This document shows positions 1 through 11,814 of a stretch of 64,000 bases of DNA, in pieces. Location: the NCBI GenBank assembly GCA_951406725.2, contig OX597814.1, positions 83,514,001 through 83,578,000 on the forward strand, read 5' to 3'. How positions within the stretch are numbered: position 1 is the stretch's first letter; every line of letters starts with the position of its first letter. The notes beneath the pieces are model-generated. The model saw nothing but the letters and a program-made list of their open reading frames with translations. It had not been told where the DNA came from and did not search any database. This DNA is from Octopus vulgaris (taxonomy: Eukaryota). The position numbers and the translations under genes were made by a program.

Positions 1-62
1 AGTAAAAGTAAAAAGATAAAGAGATATAAGTAAAAAATTTCAAATATAATATGCAAATAAAT

Positions 63-180
63 CAAAACTGACAGCTGTTTCGGCAGTGAGGACAGTCATA
101 CCTCATTTAACCTATAAGCCATAAAGGCAGGTATAAATGAGGCATTAACAAGGATGCCCCACGGCCTCTTCAGAGAATTA
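63..180 (-). ncRNA. Type I hammerhead ribozyme motif with long stem II
   Basis: Reverse complement: CTGAAGA-GGCCGTGGGG...CCTCACTGCC-GAAAC-AGCT-GTC; palindromic stem III ACAGCTGT; weak stem I. Confidence 0.7.
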
Positions 181-522
181 AATTAAATTTGTTATAATAG
201 TGAAAAATATTATATAATCATATACATATAAATATAAAAATATAAAAATGTAAAATATAAAAACTTATACATCATAATGCTACACTTATATAATATAATA
301 CACATTTGTACAAAAAGGAAGGTAAACAGAACAAAATAAAACAAAATATATAACAGTGTATATATTAATATTAATAAGTACCGATATTATACATATTTGG
401 CTAATAGTTTTTTTTATAAAAAAAAAAAAAAAGGGCTAACACATATGGAGATGAAAAATAATAATTAAATCCGTGGTACAGTTCATAAAATTCTAAAGCT
501 ATAAAAGTTAATAAAAATTACT

Positions 523-566
<44 letters not shown>

Positions 567-789
567 TAATAATAATAAAAAATACTAAAAATAGATACAG
601 TTAAGTTAGCACCAAGTCCATCCTTTCAAGATCGAAATAACTATGAGTTAAGAAATGCTGACCACTAGGTAAAGAAAATTTAGATTAATTCGATTGGCTA
701 TTGGTTTGAAATTTAAATCACAAAAGAAAATTATACGGTTGGTTAGTCAAGGAACGCCAATATTCACACACGCATCTACAGATCAATCG

Positions 790-844
790 CACATACACAC
801 ATAGTTATATGTATATACATATATACACATATATACATATATAC

Positions 845-875
<31 letters not shown>

Positions 876-910
876 CATACACATACATACACATACATAC
901 ACATACACAT

Positions 911-951
<41 letters not shown>

Positions 952-1005
952 CACATACACATATATATATATATATACACATACATACACTTATACACAT
1001 ACATA
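790..1005. repeat. Compound (TA)n/(CA)n microsatellite
   Basis: Direct observation; similar tracts at 1620-1675, 34385-34640, 35579-35990, 37027-37105, 47395-47457. Confidence 0.95.
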
Positions 1006-1363
1006 TTCACAAGCAACAACTAGCACTTAGATAAACAAAAAAGGGAAGCAACTATGCTAACATTTAGTCCTTCAAAATTATAACTGAGCCTCAATAACAA
1101 AAAAAGAACCATCCATGCATTCTATAAAATATTTAATTTAGATATAAATATATTTAAATATCAGTATGTTACTAATTCAGATAATTATTTCATGGGTAAC
1201 TTAAAATTTATAACACCGGTTTGTTACAGAGTAAACATACGGTTGTTAGGTTTATCGTAAGTTTGTTATGATTTTAAGTACGCTAAATTATAAAATATAA
1301 AATATAAGATATATATTAATTTAAATATTATAAATAAGTCACCTGTAAATATAATACGTGACA

Positions 1364-1456
1364 ATTATTCAGTGGCCATGATAAAACTCCAAGTTTCAGA
1401 TGTCGGGGCAGAAACTCACACGGGCATCTCTTCAGTTATCAGGCCATCAAAATAAT
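1364..1456 (-). ncRNA. Type I hammerhead ribozyme motif (long stem I, one extra nt before GAAA)
   Basis: Reverse complement: TGGCC-TGATAA-CTGAAGA-GATG...CATC-T-GAAAC-TTGGA-GTT-TTATCA-T-GGCCA. Confidence 0.65.
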
Positions 1457-1634
1457 GCTATGAAAATTATTGTTAAAACAAAGGGAAATTACTGTGTGAT
1501 TCACCATTATTAAGACAAAAGAGCTATTAGAATGACCGCTAAGGGGAGGGAGTAAAAATGGTCATAGTAATCGCATAAGCGCACATGTCCATACATACAC
1601 ATGCGCACCCACACACCCACGTATATATATATAT

Positions 1635-1682
<48 letters not shown>

Positions 1683-2659
1683 ATTTCGGGATGGTCATTT
1701 TTTTTTCTTTTTGGCCAAATAGACACATGCACTATATATTTGTTCTTCACTTGTTTATTACTGTTCTTATTCTAACTCATGTCCATTGTCCAGGAATTTT
1801 TCCTCACACATCTGTAACCTGTTCAGTGACACTTTTTGTCTTCATGTGTGCACTTTCTCCACTTATTTCATTCTGCTCTTCTATGATGTATATCCTTATG
1901 TACACATGCATTTGCATCCTTGTTTGTGTGTATGCTTGTGTGTGTCATTGTTCTTAGTAGCAGTATGACCTTCCCCTCAGCCCCATCCTCTCCCTCTGTT
2001 GTTACTGCTGCTGTCCTATAACCCAAAAATTTGGTATAGTTCCTATATCTCTCTGTGTTTATGTGTTCGCCCACGGTGCTGCCATCATGGTAGTTGTTAT
2101 TGCCATCATTGTCACTGCCGCTGCTGCTGTCATTAGTCATGTTGTTGATACTGTTGAAGCTGTCTTTGAAGTTATTGTGTATGTGTTTGTGTGTGTATAT
2201 GGGTTTGCTTCTTATGTTGTTTGTATCCATGCTCTGTTTATAGATTTAATTTTTTTTATCTCTATTTCTTATATTTATCACAGGTTTGTGACAAATATAT
2301 ATATATTTTTTTTTATCTGTCTCTATTATATGTATCACAGGTATGTGTATATATGTCTCTTGTATGTGTATTACCCTGTTTGTATCTGCTTTATTATCAT
2401 TTTTTCTCCTCTCTCTTCTCCTCCCTTCTGTCTTTAGTCATGTGGTGTGGTATGGTGGTGGGTGTTTTTTTTCCATTCATGCTTTCTATTGAGGCTCAGT
2501 CTGTCTACTGCTATGTGTGTAACCTCTGTGGTCTGTCTAAGTGTTGTGTCAGTTCTAGGACAGCAGCAGTGACAACTTTTCCTTCCATCCTTCTCAGAGC
2601 TATAATATAAAGTACAAATCAAGGACTTGAGTCATCTAAATATTACTGTGACGCAGTGA

Positions 2660-2970
2660 ACCTGTGTAGCCTAGTGGTTGGGGTATTCAGCTCATGGTCA
2701 TAAGGTCATGAGTTTGACTCCCAGTGGCACATTGTGTCCTTGAGCAAGACACTTTATTTCACTTTGCTCCAGCTGGTAAAAATAAGTAGTACCTGTATTT
2801 CAAAGGGCTAGCCTTGTCACATCTTGTGTCATGCTGAATCTCTCTGAGAACTACATTAAGGGTACACATGTCTGTGGAATGCTCAGCTACTTACATGTTA
2901 ATTTCATGAGCAGGCTGTTCCATTGATCAAATGAAGTGGAACCCTCATCATCATTATCAGTGGAGTGCCA
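2660..2970 (+). mobile_element. SINE (family C)
   Basis: tRNA-like head tagcctagtggtt...gtttgactccc, then ttgagcaagacactttatttcac; a related copy lies at 50940-51220. Confidence 0.7.
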
Positions 2971-3309
2971 ATTTATCCTATGCTGTGACACATACTAGTT
3001 TCAAATGGAATTATAAAATAAGGGGGAAAGTATGTAGGTCTAAGAAATTAAAAGGAATATCGAGTTGGTTTCTTTTAGATTTGATAAATTGCCCTTTATT
3101 TATATTTAAACAAAGAAATGGTTGTTCTAATGTTCATGCCTTTCCTATTATAAAATAGGATTCATATCAAACCAAAAAGGGAGCCTTAACAGTCATTTAA
3201 TCAACTTGAAATAACAGCCAAATATCCCTACTATCTTATCTTATCTTCTTAAAAATCCTGCCCTACCATCTCAGAAAAATAGTAATGACACACTGTTAAT
3301 ATATTCCTA

Positions 3310-3500
3310 AGCAAGCTGGGCAAAATGCGTAGCAGCATTTTGTCTGCCTTTGTGTTCTGAGTTCAAATTCCACCGAAGTTGACTTTGCCTTTTATACTCT
3401 CGGGATCAATAAAATAAGTACCAGTTGAGTACTGGGGTTGATGTAATCAACTTAACCTTTCCCCGAAATTGCTGGCCTGGTGCCAAAATTTGAAACCAAT
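3310..3500 (+). mobile_element. SINE (family B)
   Basis: gttctgagttcaaattccaccgaagttgactttgcc...aataagtaccagttgag...gtgccaaaatttgaaacc; copies at 5500-5712(-), 18302-18510(-), 47940-48150(+). Confidence 0.8.
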
Positions 3501-5932
3501 ATGTTCCTAAGTATACAGAAAACGGGATGGTCATAGCTGGAGTACTTTTCAGCATAAGTCTGCTTGGGTGAAGATGACTTAGAACTAACAACATCATGAA
3601 TTATAGTAAATAATTGACAAATATATAAAATCACTGACACACACACACACGGATGGATAGATGGGTGGGTGGGTGGATGGATCACTTGATTGATCGATCG
3701 TCGGAACTGCTCCATTAAAATATATATACAATGTTTTTTCAAAATATTGCATATTACCGGAACTGCCCACTCATATGTATATTTTCATCTCTAGTGACCT
3801 TTTCCCGAAAGCACGCTCCTTAAACATTAAGGAGACGAGACATTTCCTGAATCCCAATTACAAATTATGGATTCTTTACTAGATTCAGATTCATTTCACT
3901 ATCACATAAACAACATCCTCCAAAATCATCCACCTCTAATAACAACAGTATACACTGCTCTGAGGGGAGTCAAAACTTTAAACACCTGGGCTTATAAGTC
4001 ATCTCATTTGAGTAATACCTAAAAGTGAGTAAGGCAATTACATTTAAGGCCCTGAACTGCATGGTCAGTGTGTGGAATTCTTGACTCTGCTGAAATATCA
4101 AGTTCAGTTTCTTCTATGTGACTGTAGGACCCATTCTTCTATGTGGCTGGGATGCTAGATCTTGAAGCATACCTTGCAAAAAAAAAATACATGCTTTACT
4201 GAACATCAGATAGAACAAGTACCTTAGCAGCAAGCATCTGTATTGGGGGTTACCAGTGTTGAGTAGGAAAATAGCTATCAGAAGAACGAAGTTGGCTGGT
4301 CACTACCAGAAACACTGGGAGCTCCCAGTCATCAAGCTGGTATTATATAGGTATTGAAGGAAAAGGCCTTATCAACATACTTTGATATAAAAAAAAATGA
4401 TACAGAAGCATAAATTACTGGCAAGTTAGCAAGATGTATGGAAGAAGCAACCCCCAGAGAATTTGTCTGAAGGTATCCTAAACATGATAATCGTATAAAT
4501 TAAAAGGGTTGTCATGGCTACAATAAAAAGCTTCATATGAGTATTCTTCAAATAACACAATTGACTGCATTTGTGTTCTTTTTTTTTTTTTTGACACATG
4601 AAAAGATTTGGTTTCAACACTACAAACTCAACAAAACCTTGCTAATTATACAACTCACCAATTAGAGTAATAAGCTGTATTTCACCAAGGTACTAACATT
4701 GAAAATTAAGTGATGATAATGGAGCATTACTGATGGTACACTATCACGTCACTATTTTCTCTTACTCCTTATTTGAAATAATCCCCCTGACTTATTCAAT
4801 TAAACAACAAACATATTAAAGAAAATACCATTTACTTGATTATGAAACTCATCATCATCATCATCATCTTCATTATCATTTGACATCTGTTTTTCATGAT
4901 GGCATGGGCTTGACAGGAGCTGGTAAACCAGAAGACTGCACAGGCTTCACTGTCTGTTTTGGTATGATAGTTTCTACAGCTGGATGCTCATCCTAATGCC
5001 AACCACCTTACAGAGTGGACTGAGTTCTTTTTACAAGGCACCATTAGCTCTTACACTTAATAGTTCCTATGCTCATAACTCTATTGCTTTATGATCACAA
5101 TCTCTGCTTCTTTGCTCTAAATTACGTTCACTTAATCAATTGTAGCTAAATTTATGTCATCCACACAACCACAGCGTAATGTCCATTCCAAGAACCAATA
5201 TTAAACAAACTGTTTTCTTCAGAGGTACCTCCCTAAACTCATATTCATTCAATCCATTTCTACCTGCCTACTACATATTAACTTACAATTTAAACTAATT
5301 AAACATATTTGTTACAGTTAACTATCCCACAACATTTTATCTATCAGAGCTACTATGGTGCCATGCCTTCTGCTCTTCCTCCCTTGGTTAGCAAATAACA
5401 AAAAAAAAAAAAAATAGTAAAATTAGAAAATATATTATATTTCAGTTTAAATTCAACAGAATAGGATTCATACATATGTATGATAGCACTGTAAAATATT
5501 GATTGCAAATTTTGGCACAAAGCCAGCAATTTGGGAAAGGTACTAGTCAATTACACCAATTCCAGTACTTGACTGGTACTTATTTATCAACCCCATTAGG
5601 ATGAAAGGTAAAGTTGGCCTCAGTGGTATTTGAATTCAGAATGTAAAGACAGATGAAATGCCACTAAGCATTTTCCCAACATGCTAATGGTTCTGCCTGC
5701 TCGACACCTTACCTTATAGCACTGTAAAATATTGAGATAAAGTAGAAATATGGAACACACTAAGTATTTATTAGGGAGTTTAAGTCTGTTTTAGTTTTCA
5801 AATTAAGTTGATCAGACATCTTCTTAAAGATTAATGTTAGTATACACAGCTCAGTTGCATGTCTGTTAGTTTTAAAATGATACCTGTAGTTGTTGTTTAG
5901 TTTGAGAGCAGACATAATTGAACAAATCTATA

Positions 5933-6428
5933 ATACTGTGTAATACGATTTTTATCCTTGAGTAGCAACTGGTATTTCCTATTTGCTTACCCATAGAAAG
6001 TATGGAAAATGGTGAATATTTCCTTCAAACTTTGCTTTTGTTATATTTATTAAACCCTAAAGAATCTCTCTCAACACATGGCTATGATGCTCCCTAACTA
6101 CTCCTGCTCTTGATCAGAGATATACATTTTGTCAGCCACTAAGAGACATGTTCATACTAAGGAATGAGGTCAAGCAACTGACAAGCAAATCTGTGGTATT
6201 GAGCAGAATATTTGCTATAACAATATTTCTGCTTCAGCAACTCATCTCTGAATCTGTTTGAAATGTAATGGAAAATACGTCAGTTTCAAAACATTGATGT
6301 CCAAGTCACAAAAGCAAAGTTTGAAGGGAATAGTAGTCATCTCTTTCGATTTCTAGTGAGAGGGAAATAGGAAATAACACTTACTGACCAAATACAAAAA
6401 GAAATTTTAAAAATTTGGTATACAGTGT
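5933..6428. mobile_element. Foldback/MITE with long imperfect TIRs
   Basis: tatttcctattt...ttccttcaaactttgcttttgt pairs with acaaaagcaaagtttgaagggaa...aaataggaaata. Confidence 0.65.
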
Positions 6429-7529
6429 AATCTAAGGTGTTTTTGTCATGAACATTCCATTATTTTGGTGTTACATAGGACTACATAAGTTAATGAGTCC
6501 TGTTATTACATGTGTTAGGATATAATTTGAGAAGATAGAATGTCTCTGTAGACACTCCTTCATTTATTCAAGTTGTCTATTGAAGTAACCGTTCACTAAC
6601 CAAAGTGAAAAAAAGCAAACAGTTACTAGCCTATCACCATGTTAAAGAACAATGTTAGTGTATACTGATCTAGTATCTTTTCAAAAGCAATCATTGTGAA
6701 TATTGGATTGTTATTTGTTTGACAAAGAGCAATGTTGGTAAACATTGGTGAGTTCCTGGAGTGTTGACTTATCAAAGAAATTGTTTGTGTATACCACTCT
6801 AAGGTCTTTTACTGGTCATATATTGTACTCTCTCATATTGTCAAGGAGAAATATTGGTGTATAGGGATCAGTTACTGATGTCATTTTATTAAAGTGCAAT
6901 ATCAGTATTTATTTGTCAGTTATTGGTTTGTAATTTTCTAAACAAATCAGAAAACCAGATGGTGAATGTCTCATAAACATAAAACTGTTTGCCTTACCTA
7001 ACTTTGGTAAGTGAACAGTTACTTCAACAGAAACAATTTGAACTAATGTGGGAGCATCTATGTAATTATTTGATATTCTACAATTAGCAGCTGAATCTCC
7101 CTTAAAGCACACCTTCATCATCATTCAACGTCCACTTTCCATGTTGGCATAGTTTGACAGGATCTGGCAAGCCACAAGGCTGCATCAAGATTCAATATCA
7201 GCTTTGGCATGATTTCTACAGCTAGATACCCTTCCTAATGTTAAAAGTTTACAGAGTGTATTGGGCACTTTTTCATGCCACCAGCACTAGTGTAGTTTCC
7301 AAGTAATTTGCAAGACAGAAGGACAGGAAGAGGAAAAGAGGAGAAAAGCTTACACTGTTAAATGGAGAATATTTGAGAAGGGAAAGTGGCTTTATGCTGG
7401 GTGTTGTAAGATAGAGGGATAAGCACAGGCATCTTCCTATTGAGGAAATACATAGCTACCCATATTATATATAGATGTGGGTGGAATTCATCCCAAAATA
7501 ATTATATAAGATGTTAGAGTAAGACCACT

Positions 7530-7868
7530 GACCAATAATTCACCAATATACACTAACATTGTTTTTTAATAAGTCGACATCAGTAAATGAATAGTAGCTG
7601 GATGTCAGACATAAAATTGACCTGTATACACTAATATTTGCCAGTAACTCACCTCTACATACTAACATTCCTCATTGATAAGTTGACAACAGTCAATTGA
7701 TCAATATGCACTACTGTTGCTTTTCCATCGAGATGACAGAACAGTAAATGAGCAGTATGCACTGACATTGCTCTCTGGTAACACATTACCAGTAACTGAG
7801 CAGTATACACTATTGTATATTCCTAGACAAGATGAGAGATGAGTAACTGAATATTACACTAACAAGTA
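7530..7868. repeat. Degenerate ~50-bp minisatellite
   Basis: Recurrent cagtaa(a/c)tga.cagtat(a/g)cact(a/g)acatt at ~7532, 7581, 7641, 7690, 7741, 7789, 7841. Confidence 0.7.
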
Positions 7869-7912
7869 CATTTCTACATGAACCTTCAATGCAGGTAGTT
7901 AATCAACAAGAA

Positions 7913-8160
7913 CAGTGTTACTCAACCCTTGGAGGTCCATGGAAGATTTTGTTGTTAAAATTTATGCACAATAAATTGGTTATACATCTACAATACACAA
8001 ATTTTTTTTAACAATTTTTTATTAATCAGTTCTTAATAATATTTAATTGTAAAAATATAATATGACTTTTTAAACAAAAAACGACTAGGAGGGTACATCT
8101 GAGTAAAATAGGAATCAAATGAGTCCAAAGATTAAAAAAAAAAATGGTTGAGAAACACAG
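7913..8160. mobile_element. hAT (Charlie-like) MITE
   Basis: TIRs cagtgttactcaacc / ggttgagaaacacag; 8-bp TSD aacaagaa/aactagaa. Confidence 0.75.
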
Positions 8161-8312
8161 AACTAGAACTAGCAAGCAAAATCACACTAAAAGTAGAACA
8201 TGTCCTGTGCTGTTTTCAGAGGTATTCAGTGTCTGAAAAAAAAAAGACAAGTGGTGGCAGCTTGATAATACTCAACAAAGTTGGAAATAAATATTTGTGT
8301 GTGTGTGCATAG

Positions 8313-8570
8313 TGGAACACTCCAATGAAAACAGCAACTCTGTACAAACATAACAGACCTGATATTGTTTTGTGTGACATGAAACAAAAGTCATGCATTG
8401 TAGAGGTCAGTTGCCCAGTAGATATGAATATACATTCAAAAGTCCAAGAAAAATAGAATATTTATGGCAAATTAATGCAAAACTTTCAGCTCTTGTACCC
8501 TGACTATAAATTCTCATTTGCACCTATCATCATATATGCACTTGGCTGCATACCAACAAATTTACACAAA
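8313..8570 (+). mobile_element. Non-LTR retrotransposon fragment, restriction-like endonuclease domain (R4/Dong/NeSL-type)
   Basis: WNTPMKT...HNRPDIVLCD...IVEVSCP.D.NI..K..EK*NIY...FAPIIIYALGCIP, with one stop. Confidence 0.7.
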
Positions 8571-9702
8571 AACTAGGAAATACAAGGGTTTTTTTTTTTT
8601 TTAAAAAAAAGGACAAGAGAAACTGACACGGATTCTCCAAATCCAATCTATTACTGGTTTGTAAGATATTCCAAAGATTCTCTATCAGAGATTAGTTAGG
8701 TAAATAGATGCACACACTTGGGTGTATGCATTGAGAGCTTAATCTAACACAACAACTCAACAACATATTTACAAATACCAGAAACTCTCTTAACTTCAAA
8801 AGTCTTATTGCTTTGTTAGTGACCAGCTTGAACTCTCTTAAAAAGAACTACAATAAATCTCAAAGAAAAACATATATACATGCATACACATGCACGCACG
8901 CACACACACATACATACATACATACATACATACATACATTTTTGTATAACTTTCCAGAAGTTTATCATCTAAATATATATGAGCATTTCTAGATATGCAA
9001 CTGCATGCATGAGAATACATACATAAAGCAAAACATACAAATCTACCCATACATACATACACACATACATACGCACACATACATACATACGTACATACAT
9101 ACATACATACATACATACATACATACATACATACATACATACATACATACATGTGTGCAGGCATACATATGTAATCATCTACATGCATTCACATGTAATA
9201 TGCACTTATTGGGTGGCTCCTTTAGTAACTTGTACCTGCAGTTAAGAGACATGTGTTTATCATTACCATCACCTTCATCATTATTGTTATTATCCATTCT
9301 ATTCCCATTGTATCAGTCACTAGTGAGTCTCAAAATCTGTAACTCTCAACAGTATGACTCCCTCTTATCCATTAGTTGCCCTCTGTGGGTTGAGAGTGGT
9401 TACTATCCATTTCCTGTGATGTCAACTCTGCCAGAGAATTGTGATAACATACACTATTCCATCTGTTCCAACTCCTCTTCATAATCATGATCATCATCAT
9501 CATAACATGAACGTTAACAATTACATATCAAATCCCAAACTTAAATATTGGCTTTAAATGTAAAGGGAAACAACTCTTAGCTATGTGTTACCTACAGTAG
9601 TGTTAATGTTAAAAAAAAAACGTTAATATACATATATGCTTTTATTTAGAAAGAGAGAAGGAAACAGACAGTGCCTGACAAACACACACACACACACATA
9701 TG

Positions 9703-9744
<42 letters not shown>

Positions 9745-9863
9745 CATATGCATGTGAGTGTATGTATATTTGCATAGTTATGCATATGTAACAGATGTGA
9801 TCCAGAAACAATGTTGTTTCTAGCCTTCCTAATGTCTGATTAAATTTCTATTGATTTCTTCAG

Positions 9864-9928
9864 ATTCTAACATTTTGGGAATTCTACGAGCGTTGTGATC
9901 AAGCAGCTCGGTCAGCTCATGCTGTGAG
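9864..9928 (+). CDS. CNGB: CNGB exon (S4-S5 linker: [22 protein letters not shown])
   Basis: ttcttcag acceptor, AG|gtaagt donor; matches the CNGB FFEF..RL region; ends in phase 2, matching the next exon. Confidence 0.9.
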
Positions 9929-10186
9929 GTAAGTTCTCCTATCCCAAATGTGTGTGAGTGTGTGTGTTTGTGTGTGTGTACAGGTAAGGCTGTGTGGTGA
10001 AGAAGCTTCTTCTCAACCATATAGTTTTGAGTTCAGTCCCACTGCATGACATCTTCAGCAAGTATCAAGGATCTTCTACAACGCTGGGCAAACCAAAGCC
10101 ATGTTAGTACATTTGGTAAATAAGAAACTGAAAGAAGTCTGTTGTGTATACTAAATTAAATGATGATGATTAAATGATGATGATGA

Positions 10187-10225
<39 letters not shown>

Positions 10226-11773
10226 CACACACACACACACATGCACGCACACCTACAGACTTAGATATACACACACACATGTGTATAGTGCATATGCTTG
10301 AGTGTAACTTTGTCTAGACATCTTGTAATGGTTGTAAATGAGTATCATTGTCATACAAGTGAAATAATTTATTTCTAGTCTTCCATGAAAATGCCTGGCC
10401 TTGGGAAATTTTACCTTGCTTGAGAACAGGTGAGGGTTAGTGAGGGGAAAAGTGGACATTAAAGAGGATGATGATGATGACAGTAATGTAGTGCATATAT
10501 GCACCAAGTTGCACAGTAGCTAACTGAAACCTGTAGCTAGATGACAAAATACACTGCCATCATTAATACTTCAAGCGTTTTTGTTTAAGTTATTTTCATT
10601 CATTTTGTGAAAGTTTAGCAAATCAAACTAGCTGAAGAATAAACACCACTGTTGCAGTCACAAACACCTAAAAATTGAAATTGAATCACTATACAAAAAC
10701 AATCAAACAACATGAATGCAATTTGCTCAAATATTGCTGATGTCATCAGAACACTAACCATCTAGACTTCTGGTGCTTTTTCTGACAAGAGCATGTTATA
10801 CATTTAGGGTATTTTAGCCACTAGCCTGCAGAAGCAAAGAGTAGACAAACAGACCAAACTAGAGCAAGAGTCCATGAGACAGTAGCAGCACACACCTGAC
10901 CATAGCACCAACGGATAGCAATTATTTTATTGTGGCAGTGACACAACCTAACCAGCTAACTCCAAGAAACACATTACGGTGACTACTGTTAAACCTGATC
11001 CATCATTTCATATTAAATTCAGACTATCTTACTTGTGTAAACATCTTTTGTCATTTGTAGCAGCAACAACATTTAGTTGCTAATAAGGATAAATATTTTT
11101 GCATTTAAAATCTCAACAGAATATGTGTTCGTTCAATTGTCATCAGTTTGATATCAAACTGTTAACCTGTTGACCCACACACAGAAACTTCTTATCACTA
11201 CATTGGTAATTCTGAAGAAAAGAACAGTATACAACCTAAACTTCAAATGGCTCAAACACCTGAATATCTGCCAGTAGTCTACCATAAATATATATATAAG
11301 TTTATATATGTATGTACACTAGGCATGGCTGTGTGATTAAGAAGTTTGCTTCCCAACCACATGGCTTCAGGTTCAATCCCACTGCATGGCAGCTTGGGCT
11401 CTATAGCTCCAGGCTGACCAAAACATTTTGAAGAGATTTGGTAGAGAGGAAACAAAAAGAAGCCTATCATTTGTGTGGAGGGGTGCATGCATACATGTGT
11501 GAGAGAAAGACAGAGAAAGAGCAAATGTATGAGTATTTCCTTATCCTAGCATTGCATTTTATTTGTAAATGAGTTTCTCTGTTATACAAGCAGTGTTCAT
11601 TGTTTCCAGTCTGCTTTGTAAATGGCTCTGGCTATGGGAAAATATTAACTTAGAGAAACAAGTGAGAGAAAAAATCTGTCTCAACAAATTCCATTCAACT
11701 CATGCAGTCATAGAAAAGAAAATGTTAAAATGATGGTGAAACAAAGTAGAGAAATAGAACTCAATGCATAAGA

Positions 11774-11814
<41 letters not shown>

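Noticed and set aside
776-1030. Many 60-200 aa ORFs rich in YI/CV/HT/LS (also at 8838-9484, 14367-14750, 34324-34853, 35454-36081, 60875-61213)
   Set aside because: They are translations of dinucleotide and tetranucleotide microsatellites.
6950-7006. Possible upstream CNGB exon (cag...G|gtaagt)
   Set aside because: No frame resembles CNG S1-S4, and the acceptor tract is weak. No upstream CNGB exon was recognised in 1-9863.
7530-7868. CRISPR-like repeat-spacer appearance
   Set aside because: Repeats are degenerate, linkers are related to each other, the context is eukaryotic and there are no cas genes.
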